Shown in pieces: positions 26,685 through 39,229 of a stretch of 64,000 nucleotides of DNA. This stretch comes from Felis catus (lineage: Eukaryota), in contig NC_058368.1 of the NCBI RefSeq assembly GCF_018350175.1, forward strand, positions 107,944,001-108,008,000, read 5' to 3'. The position numbers were made by a program, and so were the translations under genes. Every line of letters starts with the position of its first letter. Positions within the stretch are counted from its first letter, which is position 1. Below the pieces are notes generated by a model. That model worked only from the letters and a program-made list of their open reading frames with translations, searched no databases and had not been told where the DNA came from.

Positions 26685-27615
26685 TTCTGGAATGGCTAAA
26701 ATCAGAAACGTAAGAAACGAGTGTTGGCAAGGATGTGAAAGAAAAGAAACCCTCATGCTCTTTTAGTAGGAATGCAAACTGGTGCAATCACTGTACAAGA
26801 TAGTAGGGAGTAGGGTATTTGCCAAAAAATACAAAAACACTAACTTGAAGAGATATATGTATATAGACCTATGTTTATTGCAGCATTATATATAATAGCC
26901 AAACTATGGAAGCAGCCCAAGTGTTCATCAATAAATGAATAGATAAAGGAGATGTGGTATATATATATACAATGGAATATTACTCAGCCGTAAAAAAAAG
27001 AAGGAAATCTTGCCATATGCCACAACATGGACAGGTCTGGAAAGTATAATAGAAGTGAAATAAGCCAATCAGAGAAAAATAAATACCATATGATTTCACT
27101 CATATGTGGAATTTAAGAAACAAAACAAACAAAGGGAGGGGTGCCTGGGTAGCTCAGTCAGTTGAGCATCTGACTGCGGCTCAGGTCATGATCTCATGGC
27201 TTGTGAGTTCAAGCCCCGCGTCGGGCTCTGTGCTGACAGCTCAGAGCCTGGAGCCTGCTTTGGATTCTGTGTCCCTCTCTCGCTCTACCCCTCCCTCGCT
27301 CATGTTCTGTCTCTTTCTCTCTCAAGAATAAATAAAACGTTTAAAAAATTTGTTTTGAAATTTTTTAAAAAACAAAGGGAAAAAGAGAGAGAAACCAAAA
27401 AACAGACTCTTAACCAGAAAACAAACTGATGGTTACCAGAGGGGTGGTGGGTGGGCAGATGGATGAAATAGGTGATCCCAGGATATTAGGAGTGCAATTT
27501 TCTTGATGAACACTGAGTAATGTATGGAACTGTTGGATCACTATATTGTACACCTGAAACTAATACAACATTGTATGTTAATGACCCTGGAATTAAAACT
27601 ACCAAATAGACCCAA
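26685..27615 (+). mobile_element. Carnivore L1 3' end
   Basis: ORF2 end (gcagcccaagtgttcatcaataaatgaa) and 3' UTR; degenerate TSD caca(c/t)ttct(g/a)gaa. Confidence 0.9.
27138..27365 (+). mobile_element. CanSINE nested in L1
   Basis: SINE consensus; aaacaaaggga repeated at flanks. Confidence 0.95.
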
Positions 27616-28119
27616 AAAAACCCCACATTTCTAGAAACAGTGAATGAGATAGACTCAGTGAAAAAATGGAATGGCCTTTAGAAATATGTTAAAAGTATAT
27701 AATTTAAGTTTAAAATTCTGTACTACAGGACAGCATTACAGCCGAGGTGGTAAAGAGACACAAGCACACACTGCATTTGTTCTGAATCCTCAGGGCATCT
27801 GCGCTTTACCAGGTAAGTGGAAGTTCAGAATTAGATCCTCAGCTTTATATGTTCAGTTGTTTAATTTTATCAATTGTAGTCCTGCTCTGTGAAAATGAGT
27901 AATATAACCAAACTAATGTGATATCGATTTATAAGGTGATTTATTCATCTTAACCAATGATATATCTTTCTAGTTCACAGAAGTGTTTTATATAACACAA
28001 CATTTCCCATAATGTTTTTTTTCTATCTTTGACAAAAGAATTTCTTTATTGAAGGATCTGTCAGAGATTTTGATTTCATTTATTGTACTGTGATTTTCCA
28101 GGAGAAAGTTCAAATATTT

Positions 28120-28400
28120 AATGACAGGAGTTTTATGGGATAGACTAGAAAACGTCTTCTGACAACATTCGGGAGTTAGAGAAGGCACCGATGCAGACCT
28201 TTCTTCTGATCTTTAACAGTGGAATTGAACCTGAAATCAGAGACCTAATCAGAAAGCAGAAAACAGAATGGGAATTGGTCCTGCAACACCTGGTGAGACA
28301 TTCTGAAAGGTTCCAGAACAAGACAGGGCCTTAACAAATAAACTTACATAGCCTTACAGATACAAAACGTGCATAGCCCACTTCCTAACAGATCACCTAT
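28120..28400 (+). pseudogene. ERV1 gag (capsid C-terminal region) relic
   Basis: DRLENVF*QHSG ... FNSGIEPEIRDLIRKQKTEWE...LVRHSER, resembling class I ERV Gag capsid end. Confidence 0.6.
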
Positions 28401-28554
28401 TAACAAGAACACTTGTAAATGTTATCAATAAAAAGTACTCTTAAAAAATATTAATGCATCTTACAAAAGAAAACTGAGGCAAAGAAAAATCCCTCACTTC
28501 ATATCAACGAGAATACTCCAAGAATGGCTAAAGCACCCGGTATACTGCCTTCAC

Positions 28555-28830
28555 CTTAAACACTCAAAGCGAATTAACTATAAATATAGATGGTAATCTT
28601 CATCAGTTTATGGTAGATACTACCACTCTTCTTTCTACCTTAAAGCCTGACATCTTTGTTCAATCTCTTCCTTGGAGTAAACATACCACACAGGTGGTAG
28701 GTATTTTAAATAATCCACAGACTCCCTTTTTCCTAGTCCCTCATTATAATTCTTGGGCCCTTGACTGAAAAATATTTCTTCCTGCTCTGTGATACTGCTC
28801 CTTTAATAGGGACAGACTTGCTTTGCAAAA
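28555..28830 (+). pseudogene. Retroviral aspartic protease relic (ERV1)
   Basis: ELTINIDGNLHQFMVDTTTLLSTL...QVVGI.../LGPLTEKYFFLLCDTAPLIGTDLLCK: degenerate DTG (28616-28624) and GRDLL motifs, one frameshift. Confidence 0.85.
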
Positions 28831-28975
28831 AAAAGGATTTGTAACATTCAGCGTTCACCAAACGGACTATTTCTAGAGGTTTCTAAGGACTCTTGTATTC
28901 ATAATCAAGTGTAAGTGCTCTGCATATACCTTTATCTTCTCGATTATATTTAATCACTCTTGTTGTCCATCCATA

Positions 28976-29282
28976 ATGACCCTATTTCTCTTTTCCTCTG
29001 TGTGGTCATTGTTAGGTTAGAAGAAACTTATTTTAATGCCATTTTTAGATTGTCTTAAACAGTAGGCACTACTCTTAATCTTACTGACTGCTGAAAATGC
29101 CATCTATCCCCAGATCTCCATGATAAAAACCTCTGGGTGGGGGGCACCTGGGTGGCTCAGTCGGTTGAGCATCCGACTTTAGCTCAGGTTATGATGTCAA
29201 CAGTTTGTGAGTTGGAGCCCCATGTCAGTTCTGCGCTGGTAACGGAGAGATCCTTCAGATCCTCTGTCCCTCTCTCTGTCTG

Positions 29283-29339
<57 letters not shown>

Positions 29340-30100
29340 AATAAATAAATAAAACAAAAGAAATCTATGTATATTTTAAAACCTCTGGGAAATTCACATC
29401 TCGTCAAATAAGACCACAGGGAATTATAGCCAATGGCATTTCAATGGACAAATTCATTTCAGTGGACAAATGACCTTAAAAATCAACCTGTGACTTTGAT
29501 GGCTCTCTCCTCCCCCCAAAACACTAATTATTACAACTGATCAATTAGAGGTGATTTTAAATATGAATTCAATAGCATTCATTGGATGATGAGCCAAAAA
29601 CTTGCCAATTAGAAGACACTAATAGAGATCCAAATATGTAACCAAGCTAATGTAAGGCCTTGGTTCTGGTCTCATTTTGAAATACCTTTTTTTTCCCATG
29701 CCCTTATGAGCCACTTACTGCTTTTACATCTGGGACTTGTGGTCAATTTTGCCTCTAATATGTCATGTGTTTTAGGAACAGTATTCTGAAATATAATTTT
29801 GTAAATCATTAAATCTGGAAGTTCGAACTTACACATGACCTCCCAAATGTGGCTACTTTTGACTGTTCAGGCACTCTACCTGGAAGAATTACCAACTCAG
29901 TGTTTATACAATCAAAGTGGTGTTCCCAATGGTGAGAATCTCACAAATAAAAGACAAAAGAATCTTATCACCAACCCTGGCAGAAGTTATTAATGATACC
30001 ACCTCTTTTGTAGATGGTCATTCTCAACTTACTGGTATGAGTGGCTTTAAGTTTCTTGTTGGCTAGTCATGGTGGCATCTTTGCCATCGCTAATATTTCT
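28976..30100 (+). pseudogene. Gamma-type ERV env relic (SU plus TM), SINE-interrupted
   Basis: Signal-like MTLFLFSSVWSLLG; NAIFRLS*TVGTTLNLTDC*KCH (CWxC); SCVLGTV; IKVVFPMV...TLAEVINDTT; VALSFLLASHGGIFAIANIS (immunosuppressive-domain-like). Confidence 0.8.
29140..29360 (+). mobile_element. CanSINE with long (CT)n, nested in env relic
   Basis: TSD aaaacctctggg. Confidence 0.95.
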
Positions 30101-30269
30101 CTGAGGGTTGGTAGGTTAGAAGCTTACTCTGCCATACCAAAGGACACTCCTGGAATAGATAGGATATGGATTGGAGAAGTCTAGATAGATTATTTTTCTG
30201 TATCGTTGTCCTTTATATACCTGAAATTCTTTCCACACTGCATAGGAATGACTCTACATGTAGAATAAA

Positions 30270-30620
30270 AACTGTTTATGTGTTTGTCTATATGTCGGTT
30301 TTTTATTTGGCTTCTTACTCTGTTCCATTGATCAATTCATCAATCCTTGTTTAATATCACACTGTCACATTTTCTGCATCCTTGCAACAAGTCTTATATC
30401 TGAAAGCAAAATATCTCAAGTTTCATCCCCCTTCAGAATTATCTTAGTTATATTTGGCCCTTTGCATTTCCATGTACATTTTGGAATGAGCTTTTTAATT
30501 TCTATTTTTAAAACTCTTACCCTGATTTTTATTAGGACTACACTTAATCTATAGATCTAGATGAGGGTTATTGGGAGATTTAAATCTCTCAATTGATACA
30601 CCTGGTTTATTCATCTAAGT
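30270..30620 (-). mobile_element. Old L1 ORF2 fragment, antisense
   Basis: tctgttccattgatc, tatttggccctttgcatttccat, ttaatctatagatc. Confidence 0.7.
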
Positions 30621-30660
30621 CTTACGTCGTTTTTTTGTTTTGTTTTACTACATAATTTCA

Positions 30661-30866
30661 TTTTTTAAAAATTTTTAATGTTTATTTATTTTTGAAAGAG
30701 AGAGAGCAGGGGAGGGGCAGAGAGAGAGGAAGACACAGAATCTGAAGCAGGCTCCGAGCTCCAGCTGTCAGCACAGAGCCAGATATGGGGCTTGAACTCG
30801 CAAACCACGAGATCATGACCTGAGCTGAAGTCAGATGCTTAACTGACTGAGCCACCCAGGTGCCCC
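30661..30866 (-). mobile_element. CanSINE
   Basis: TSD ttactacataa. Confidence 0.95.
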
Positions 30867-31845
30867 TTACTACATAACTTCTGTCTGCAACAGGTTGCCT
30901 TTATTTTCCTTTTTGATTAATTATTTTTATGTCTTTCAATAAGCTTTTAAAAAAACTAATTAGAAGTTCTGAACAAGTGGGTTGACTCATTGAGGTTAAC
31001 TTTTCTGGTAGAGTGATCAGGTAGGTTATTTTCTAAGAAACTCTGATATATGGTATTTTTAGATATTTTCTTTAGCTCATCAGTTTTCTAAATAGAAGGC
31101 TTTTATTTTCTCTTTGGAGGGTAAAGTTTTGTCCACCAGAGGGCTGCAGAGTGAATGAAGGAAGTTGGGGATCTCAATATACAGTCTGCACAAGACCACT
31201 TAACCTATCTACTTTTGTTTCTGCACCCATGCCTTTAACTTTGCCTATGTTCTCCAGGGTAAATGCCCTGGGTTTTATTTTCTCCACTCCTGAATTATCA
31301 TGGGCAGGGTAGAATCTGTTGCCCAGAAACATATAATGGTGAGTGGGTTTAGAAATATCATTTTTATATAGTTTTCATCAAATCAGTATTATTTCATATT
31401 CTCTTTGGCATCCATTTCAGAGGTACTTAGTACTGCCAGTTCCTAAGTCTTTAAATATTCTGCAGTGAAAATCAGATCATGCCTCAGTTTTTGCCAATTA
31501 TTGACTTAGTATTCAGTTCTTTATTCTGCTAAGTTGCTTACCATGTATTCATCTCTTTTCTAGCTTCTAAAATTTCATGTATGTTTTCCTTTTTTTCTGT
31601 TCTCACTGCTCTTGTGGCTTAATGTTTTAAAATCCCTTACTCTAGATTTAGTTACATGTAGAAGGAATGGAATTTGATACCTTTGTTCAATTAGCCATCT
31701 TACTTTGGAATTTGATATCTCTGTTTTCAGGGATGTTCCTAATTCTTACTGAGATGTATTTAACATCCCATTTATACCAACATCATGTTTACAAATAGAC
31801 ATTTAAATTAGCTGTATTCTAATACTGTGTGTTACACATCATCTG

Positions 31846-32070
31846 TATTTTTTTAACATTTTTTAACGTTTTTTATTTATTTTTGAGACAGAGAGAGACA
31901 GAGCGTGAACGGGGGAGGGGCAGAGAGAGAGGGAGACACAGAATCGGAAGCCGGCTGGAGGCTCTGAGCCATCAGCCCAGAGCCCGACGCGGGGCTCGAA
32001 CTCACAGACCGCGAGATCGTGACCTGAGCTGAAGTCAGACACCTAACCGACTGAGCCACTCAGGCGCCCC
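31846..32070 (-). mobile_element. Young felid SINE (SINEC_Fc-like, CpG-rich)
   Basis: CpGs retained (gagcccgacgcggggctcgaactc); TSD acatcatctgtatttt. Confidence 0.95.
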
Positions 32071-32102
32071 ACATCATCTGTATTTTAATGATCCTTATGC
32101 TA

Positions 32103-32319
32103 TTTTATTTTTTAGATTTTTAAAGTTTATTTATTTTTGAGAGGGAGACAGAGAGAGTGAGTGGGGGAGGGGCAGAGAGCGAGGGAGAGGGAGGATCTCA
32201 AGCAGGCTCCCCACTGTCACTATGGAGCCCGAAGTGGGGCTCAAACTCACGAACCATGAGATCATGACCTGAGCTAAAACCAAGAGTCAGACGCTTAACT
32301 AACAGCCACCCAGGAGCCC
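32103..32319 (-). mobile_element. CanSINE
   Basis: TSD tgatccttat. Confidence 0.95.
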
Positions 32320-32404
32320 TGATCCTTATACTATTTTAAGGGGACAATTTCTGATCTTTTTCTAAATTTCAGATATTGTCATTTTGGGCTAGCATTTACT
32401 TCTT

Positions 32405-33465
32405 AGTTTTTATTTGTATTATTACCATTATTTGGATGCTTACCACAAAGTGTAGCTACCGTCTGTCACCATACACCACCATTACAACACCATTGACTAC
32501 ATTCCCTGTGCTGTACTTTTCATCCCCGTGACTTACTCATTTTATAACTGGAAGCCTGTATCTCCCACTGTCTTTCACCCATTTTACCTCCAGCAACCAT
32601 CAATTTTTTCTCTATATTTATAGGTCTGATTCTGCTTTTGTTTGTAAGTTCATTCATTTGTTTTGTTTTTCAGATTCCACATATGAGTGAAATCATATGG
32701 TTTTTGTCTTTCTCTGTCTGACCCATTTCACTTAGTATAATACCCTCTAAGTCCATTCATGTCACAAATGGCACGTTCATGTCCTTGCTATGGCTGTATA
32801 ATGTCCTCGCTATGGCTTTGTAATGTATATATGTATATACATATATATACATATATATGTATATATATGTGTATATCTGTATATATATGTATATTATGAT
32901 ATCCTTATCATAAGGATATATATGTATATATGTATACTATATCATAAGGATATATATGTATATTATGTATATTATGATATCCTTATCATAAGGATATGTA
33001 TATATTCATCTATTGATGAACATTTAAGTTGCTTCCGTTTCTTGGCTATTGTAAATAATGCTGCATTGTACATGGGGGTGCATATATCTTTTTGAATTCA
33101 TGTTTTTATTTTCTTTGGGTAAATACCCAGTAATAGATTTAGTAGATCATATGGTACTTCTATTTTTGATTTTTTGAGAAAACTCTACACTGTTTTTCAT
33201 AGTGGTTGCACCAATTTACATTCCCACCAACAATGTACAAGGGTTCCTTTTTCTCCACATCCTCACCCACATTTGCTATTTCTTGTCTTTTTGATTTTAG
33301 CCATTCTGACAGATGTAAGGTGATATCTCTTCGTAGTTTTGATTTGTATTTCCCTGATGATGAGTGATATTGAGTGAGAGATTTCGTGTGTCTGTTGGCC
33401 AGACAATAGATGTCTTCTTTGGAAAAATGTCTATTTAGGTCCTCTGCCATTTTTTAATTAAATTA
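32405..33465 (-). mobile_element. Carnivore L1 3' end
   Basis: ORF2 remnant [13 protein letters not shown] (ORF 33160..33450) and 3' UTR antisense. Confidence 0.9.
32823..33005. repeat. Complex AT-rich microsatellite with embedded palindromes
   Basis: (TA/TG)n with two copies of atatccttat-c-ataaggatat. Confidence 0.85.
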
Positions 33466-33939
33466 CTTGAAAAACAGATATTATTTTTGAAGTAAACAAG
33501 CAATTGATCAAGCTCTGGTTATTTGTATTATATATACCTAACAAGAGTGTATTTATCACATCGAGCTCTAGTTATCCAATACTAATATTGTCTTATTTAA
33601 TAAGGCAATTTTATTTTTGTTGTAAATTGATGTTATATTTACATAAGTGGAATCCTTTTGTCTTTTAATCAGTAATTCTCTATCTGTATTCTCCACACCC
33701 TCAGCCTACAATCATCCATATCAGCATTATAAAAGTTTTTTTAACAAATGATGATATAGAGGTCCCAACAGGTGCTGTTGATGTTCATTTGCTAAGTAGC
33801 AGGAAGCTGTGACTTTTCTGTCTTACCATTCAGGACTTCTTTTCACTGCACAAATCCACTTCCTCTAAATTAGTTTTGTGAGAGTTTTCAGATTCCCATT
33901 TTTATGGGGAAAGATATGTATAGTATATATAAAGCTTTT

Positions 33940-34200
33940 GGAGCCACTTGGGTGGTTCAGTCAGTTAAGTGTCTGACTCTTGATTTTGACTCAGGTCATG
34001 ATAGCATGATCATGAGATTGAGCCCCTTGTCAGGCTCCACTCTGGGTGTAGAACCTGCTTAAGATTCTCTCTCATCTCTCTCTCTTCCTCTGCCCCTCCC
34101 TCACTCACATGCTCTCCCTCGCTCTCTCTCTCACTCTCAAAAAAAAAAAAAAAAAAAAAAAGGAAGGAATAAAGAAAGAAAGAAAAAGGAAGAAAGAAAA
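33940..34200 (+). mobile_element. CanSINE (older type) with long A/GA tail
   Basis: SINE head and long A-rich tail. Confidence 0.9.
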
Positions 34201-34318
34201 AAGGTTTGCCTGTCTGAGACTGAACTTTTCAAGAAATTTTTCTTTCACATCAATTAGTTGCCCAACTGATACTTTTCTGGGTACTGTGGCATTAGTATTA
34301 AATAAGATAACCAAGGTC

Positions 34319-34530
34319 GGGGCGCCTGGGTGGCTCAGTCAGTTAAGCCTCTGACTTCTACTCAGGTCATGATCTCATAGTTCGTGGCTTTGAGCCTCAC
34401 GTCGGGCTTTGCGCTGACAGCTCAGAGCCTGGAACCTGCTTCAGATTCTGTGTCTCCTTCTGTCTCTGCCCCTCCCCCACTTGTGCTCTGTCTCTCTCTA
34501 TCAAAAATAAATAAATGTAAAAAAAAATTT
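34319..34530 (+). mobile_element. CanSINE
   Basis: TSD taagataaccaaggtc. Confidence 0.95.
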
Positions 34531-34713
34531 TAAGATAACCAAGGTCCCTGTTTTTCTCATGTGGATACCTGTTTGTATAGTATAGTATAGAAAGCACAGA
34601 AGTAACAAATCGGCAAGATAGTTTTAGATGAAGGTAAGAGGTGGGTATTGTCAATTTTAGGATGGTCATGCACATCCTTTTTCAGGAGCTGAAGAAAGTC
34701 TTGAAACTGTAGT

Positions 34714-35409
34714 TGTTGTGATGGAGTACCACCTAGATACCCCCTTCTATCAGGAATGAATCATTAATCTCTCAGCTCCTGAAAGTTTTGCCTGATAACA
34801 GCCCTCACCTGAGTCCCTCTCTAGCGAATATTCACAGCTGAAAAAGACTGTTTCCCTAAGATTATACCCTTTTCCCAGGACAGTTCTTACCCAATGACTG
34901 GTTGATATGAAACTATAGAGATTCAGCCACCTTGGCCCAATTCAGGGCCCAATTCCAGAGCTCTTATATTACAATGTTTTTTAAGTTTATTTATTTATTT
35001 GAGAGAGAGAGTGCACACGCACACGCAAGCACTCAAGTGGGGGAGAGGCAGGAGAGAGAGGGAGAGGGAATCCCAAGCAGGCTCTGTACTGTTACTGGGG
35101 AGCCTTACACGAGATTCAATCTTATGAAGCAGGAGATCATGACCTAATCCAAAATCAAGAGTCTGATGCTTAACTGACTGAGTGTTCCTAGGGCTCTTTT
35201 TTTTTTTTTTTTTTTTTTTACAATTTGGCCAATTTTTTAGAATTGGCTGAGGCCTGCATTGCAACTATATTACAGTTCAACTTCTCCTTCTGCTTAAGCC
35301 TGCTTGTTTTACTCCTCCCACCGGTATGGATCCCAAGTGTTCCCAGTATACTTTGTGCATATAAATCTCCATCTCAGAATCAATATCCCAGGAAACCTGA
35401 TCTCTGACA
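34714..35409 (+). mobile_element. Old ERVL-type solo LTR interrupted by SINE
   Basis: Ends ctccatctcagaatcaatatcccaggaaacctgatctctgaca, typical of ERVL LTR 3' ends. Confidence 0.6.
34976..35193 (-). mobile_element. CanSINE
   Basis: Antisense SINE consensus. Confidence 0.9.
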
Positions 35410-35429
35410 GTGAACCATTGTCCCATCAG

Positions 35430-36070
35430 TAAGAAAGAAAAGCACCTTTAGCAACACAGTCAATATAAAGGCGCTGAGGTGGAAATAAACTTGTCATGGC
35501 TAGAGCATGATGGTGAGGGTTCTGGCAGGACCCAGAACACAGGGCCATTCAGGCCAAGGTACAGAGTCTGGAATTTATCTTAAATAAAATAGGAAATTAG
35601 ATAGTTTTAAGAAAAAAAAGTATAATGATCAAAAGATAAAAGATCACTTTTCTATGTGGAGAATGGATTATATCAAGGGTGAGGTGAAGCGTGGCCTTAA
35701 AATCAGGGAGACCAGTTAGGCAGCTATTGTAGACATCTAGAAAAAAAAAGATGACATAAGTTGGATTATGATGGTAGTTTGGGACAAAGAGGAAAATGGA
35801 CAAATTCAAGAGGCATCTTGGGAGTAGATTCCATAGAAGGTGCTACTGTACTAAATGTGGAGGGTGATAAATGAAGAAAATAAAAGGATGACTACTAGCT
35901 TTTAGTCCTTGCAACTGGGTGGATGGTGCTACCATTTATTATAATGATGGAGCACAGTAGAAAAGTGTAAACTGGAAAGGAAATAAATTAAGAATCTTTT
36001 GTAGACATGTTATATTTGAGGTGATTTTAGACACTTGCATGTATGAATACAGATCTTCAGAGAAAGGGGC
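35430..36070 (-). mobile_element. L2 fragment
   Basis: gggagaccagttaggcagctattg; gcaactgggtggatggtgctaccatt. Confidence 0.8.
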
Positions 36071-38329
36071 TGGACTTTCCGTCGATTTCTTTCTTATATA
36101 TGATTTACTGGTGATTTGTGATTTGCTGACTTGATAAGTATTAACAGAAAGAGAACAGATTTTTCATATTCTGGCACCCAAACTGTGTCTCCTGTTTTTC
36201 CCCAAACCAAAGAAACAGCTTCACAGTTTTGATAAATCAGATGGAATGCTACCCAGAAATGCAAAATCATATGAGCACATAAGCACAAGGAGTTTGGCAA
36301 TAATGTATGACAAGGCAAAGTTAAAAAAAGAAAAGAAGCCCATCACACACTTACTATTTGCCTAAAACCAGTTTTCTATATCCTTTAGTACAGAATCAAT
36401 ATAGAGTTATATGAAAACTCTAGCAGCAAATATCATACTGAGTTTCAGGCAAATCCACTGTCATGAGATCTGGACTTATAAAGTGAGAGTCATTATTTTT
36501 TGTCCTGGAGGAAAAAAAAAAAAAAAGAAAAGTCCCCAAAATCTATATCCATCAGATAAGTTTAGAATTGGTCTTTGCCTTCTTTCTTCCTACCACATTT
36601 ATTTCTTTTAGGAATATGTAAATCATGAAATTTGTGTTAGTAACTTCAAGTTGAAAGCAACTAACTTATGACTAAGACTTAACCTTATAACCCCTGGACC
36701 TTTTAAATAAATCCCAATCTACATTGTGAAAATGCATTTACTCATTCCTCCTATAGATAAAGAACAGAAATGAGTATAGTGGCTTTCCCTACCCTTTTAC
36801 TGTGTAGGATTTTACTGTCTTTATACATCCAGATTTTTGTGGTCACTCACACCAGGCTTTGGCATACACTAAGAGCTAAGCACAGTCCCCGAGCCATAGC
36901 TATAACCGAAGCCCTTCCTCCAGCCTGATTCCAACACATTAGAGGGCTAGGATACTTCTGTGGAGGGCTGCTGATCTAGGTGATAGAGATAAACATATAA
37001 ATAATTATCTTGAAGTGTTAAAAGTTCAAGGACATTGTAACCAAAACCAATAGTGTCTCCCACTCCAGCCTACTAAGGAGTATCTGGCATGTCCCTCCTC
37101 TCCCTGTCATCCCAGTCCTATTATGCAGAAACACATAATAAATGAGGGTGAGGAAGTAAGGCATCTGATAGAGAACTAATGCATGGAATCATCTGTGGGG
37201 CTGTCAGAGTGATAGAGAAGGAAGAGAATGAGAACATGGCTAGTTTAAACAGTGGTCCTGTGAATTTTGAATTGGATCTCCCTTCATGTTCTTTGAGAGC
37301 CATAGGCAAAGGTTCAAATTAATTTTAATTACTTCTGTCTGATTCATCACTTCTTTGAATGTGGCAGCATGCTGAGATTGGTCAACATGGAGCATTTGGA
37401 TTCACTCAGATTATAAGAGTACTCCATATGGAAAGTATAGGACATGATGAGGAGAATTGGTTGAGAGGAAAAGTCCAGAGGTGTAAGGCAGGTTTGCAGG
37501 CATGACCAGTAGCAGAAGCAAAGAACATGAAGATAGGACTCAGCTTCATGGTTCATGGCTCAGGCCAGACACAGAGAAAGAGACGGCAGAATAATGAGTT
37601 TCAAGCCCAGCACGATCAGGCACAGTTCTTTTCCCCACCTTCTCTTTAGAAAATACATATGTGAGTGTACGTGTTCTGAGGACAGTCCAGCCTTAGCAAG
37701 AAGCAAAGCCACCTAGAAAATGGGACAGTGGCACTGTTAAATATAGGCGAGACTAACCTATGCAGATTTGATGACCCTAATGTTTTAACTAAAGCATTTG
37801 TAAGCCTGACAGGATAATGTAAGATTTTATTTTTCTTTTGGAGAAATAACCACCCTCAGTAAAATAACAAAAACTTTTCTTGGTCTCATTGATGAAGTAA
37901 GAAGAAGCAAGAATTCTGTCTCTAGAGGAGTTCTAAAACTGCGAAAACAGGATCCCGGGCGTCTGTCCCAGCTTCATTTTATGGCACTAGGAGACTAAGA
38001 AAATCTTCTTCCTCCTCTCTTTGGCTCATTTCACCAGCGCTGAGCCTTTCTGAAAGCCAACCCTTTCTACTTTTGTCCAATAATACTGCTTTATGCTCAG
38101 CTGACAAATTAAGGCCATTTTTTTCCCCTCCTTGGGATTTTTTTTTTTTGCTGCAGGTTCCCTATAATTTTAAAATTACATTCTTCTGGGTTGCGGGGGG
38201 TGGGGGTGGGAATTATATTATATCCTTCTAACTCACATTTATCTTTCATTTTCATGAGACAACATTTACTCGCACTTTACTCCACACCCATTTACACAAG
38301 CCAAAAACCTTGTCTCTCTCTTCTATTGC

Positions 38330-38960
38330 ACCTTTTCAGTAAGGATGCTGATTTAACCGGCTAAATATCTCAGATTCATCCCCCTGCCACCACAGCCTTG
38401 GGTTAGGCCTTCACCACTTCTGTTGTGAATCGCTGCTACGCATGAGGGAGTGCTCATTCCTGCAGCCTCTGTCATGTCACTGCCCAGATTAAAATTCTGT
38501 AACGCCCCTCCCCTATCCTACAGGATAAAATCTCAGCTCTGAGACAAGGCAGGCAAGGTCTTTTCGGCCTGGTCCCAGTTGACCATTCCTGCATCTTCTC
38601 CCTCTTCTACACACACTCGCCACTGTGAGTCAATAATACGGAAGCTCTGGAAACTTGCCAGACGCACCACATGCCTTCCTAGGGGCCGTGCTATTGTACG
38701 TGTTCTTCCCAATTCCCAAGGTGCCCGACCTCAATTGTCTGCCTCAGATCGCAGTTTGAAATGGCTCCTCATTACCCAGGTAGATATAGGAGTTTCCTCT
38801 TGAACTCCTCTCACCTCTCGTCCACTCTTCTGTTATAGCACTTGTCACCCTGCATTGTCGTGATCCGATTGTGAACCCGAGTTCTTATTACACTGTGACC
38901 TCCTTTGTGGCACAAACGGCCTGATGGTGACATATGTGTAGAATGAGTAAATAAACGAAG
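38330..38960 (+). mobile_element. L2 3' portion (unusually CpG-rich)
   Basis: caggataaaatctcagctc...atagcacttgtcac...gaatgagtaaataaa. Confidence 0.65.
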
Positions 38961-39229
38961 CTGAAAAGGGATCACTTGGAACACAGAAAGGCAGTTTTAT
39001 CACAGGCTCAAAGCCGCAGTTCACAGTCCCCAGAGATGATCAGTAGCTCGTCAGAGTGATGGCTTAAAGTTGTCCTTTGTCTTTCAGGAACAAAATCTAG
39101 GCGGACAGTCTTTGACACGAAGTTCGATTTGGCTCTTTTTCAAGTCTACTATATCATTTTCACACACTCTTGTTCCTTGCTCATATTTTCAAGTCCCATT
39201 TTTTTGAAAACTTTTTTAGGGGGTGCACA

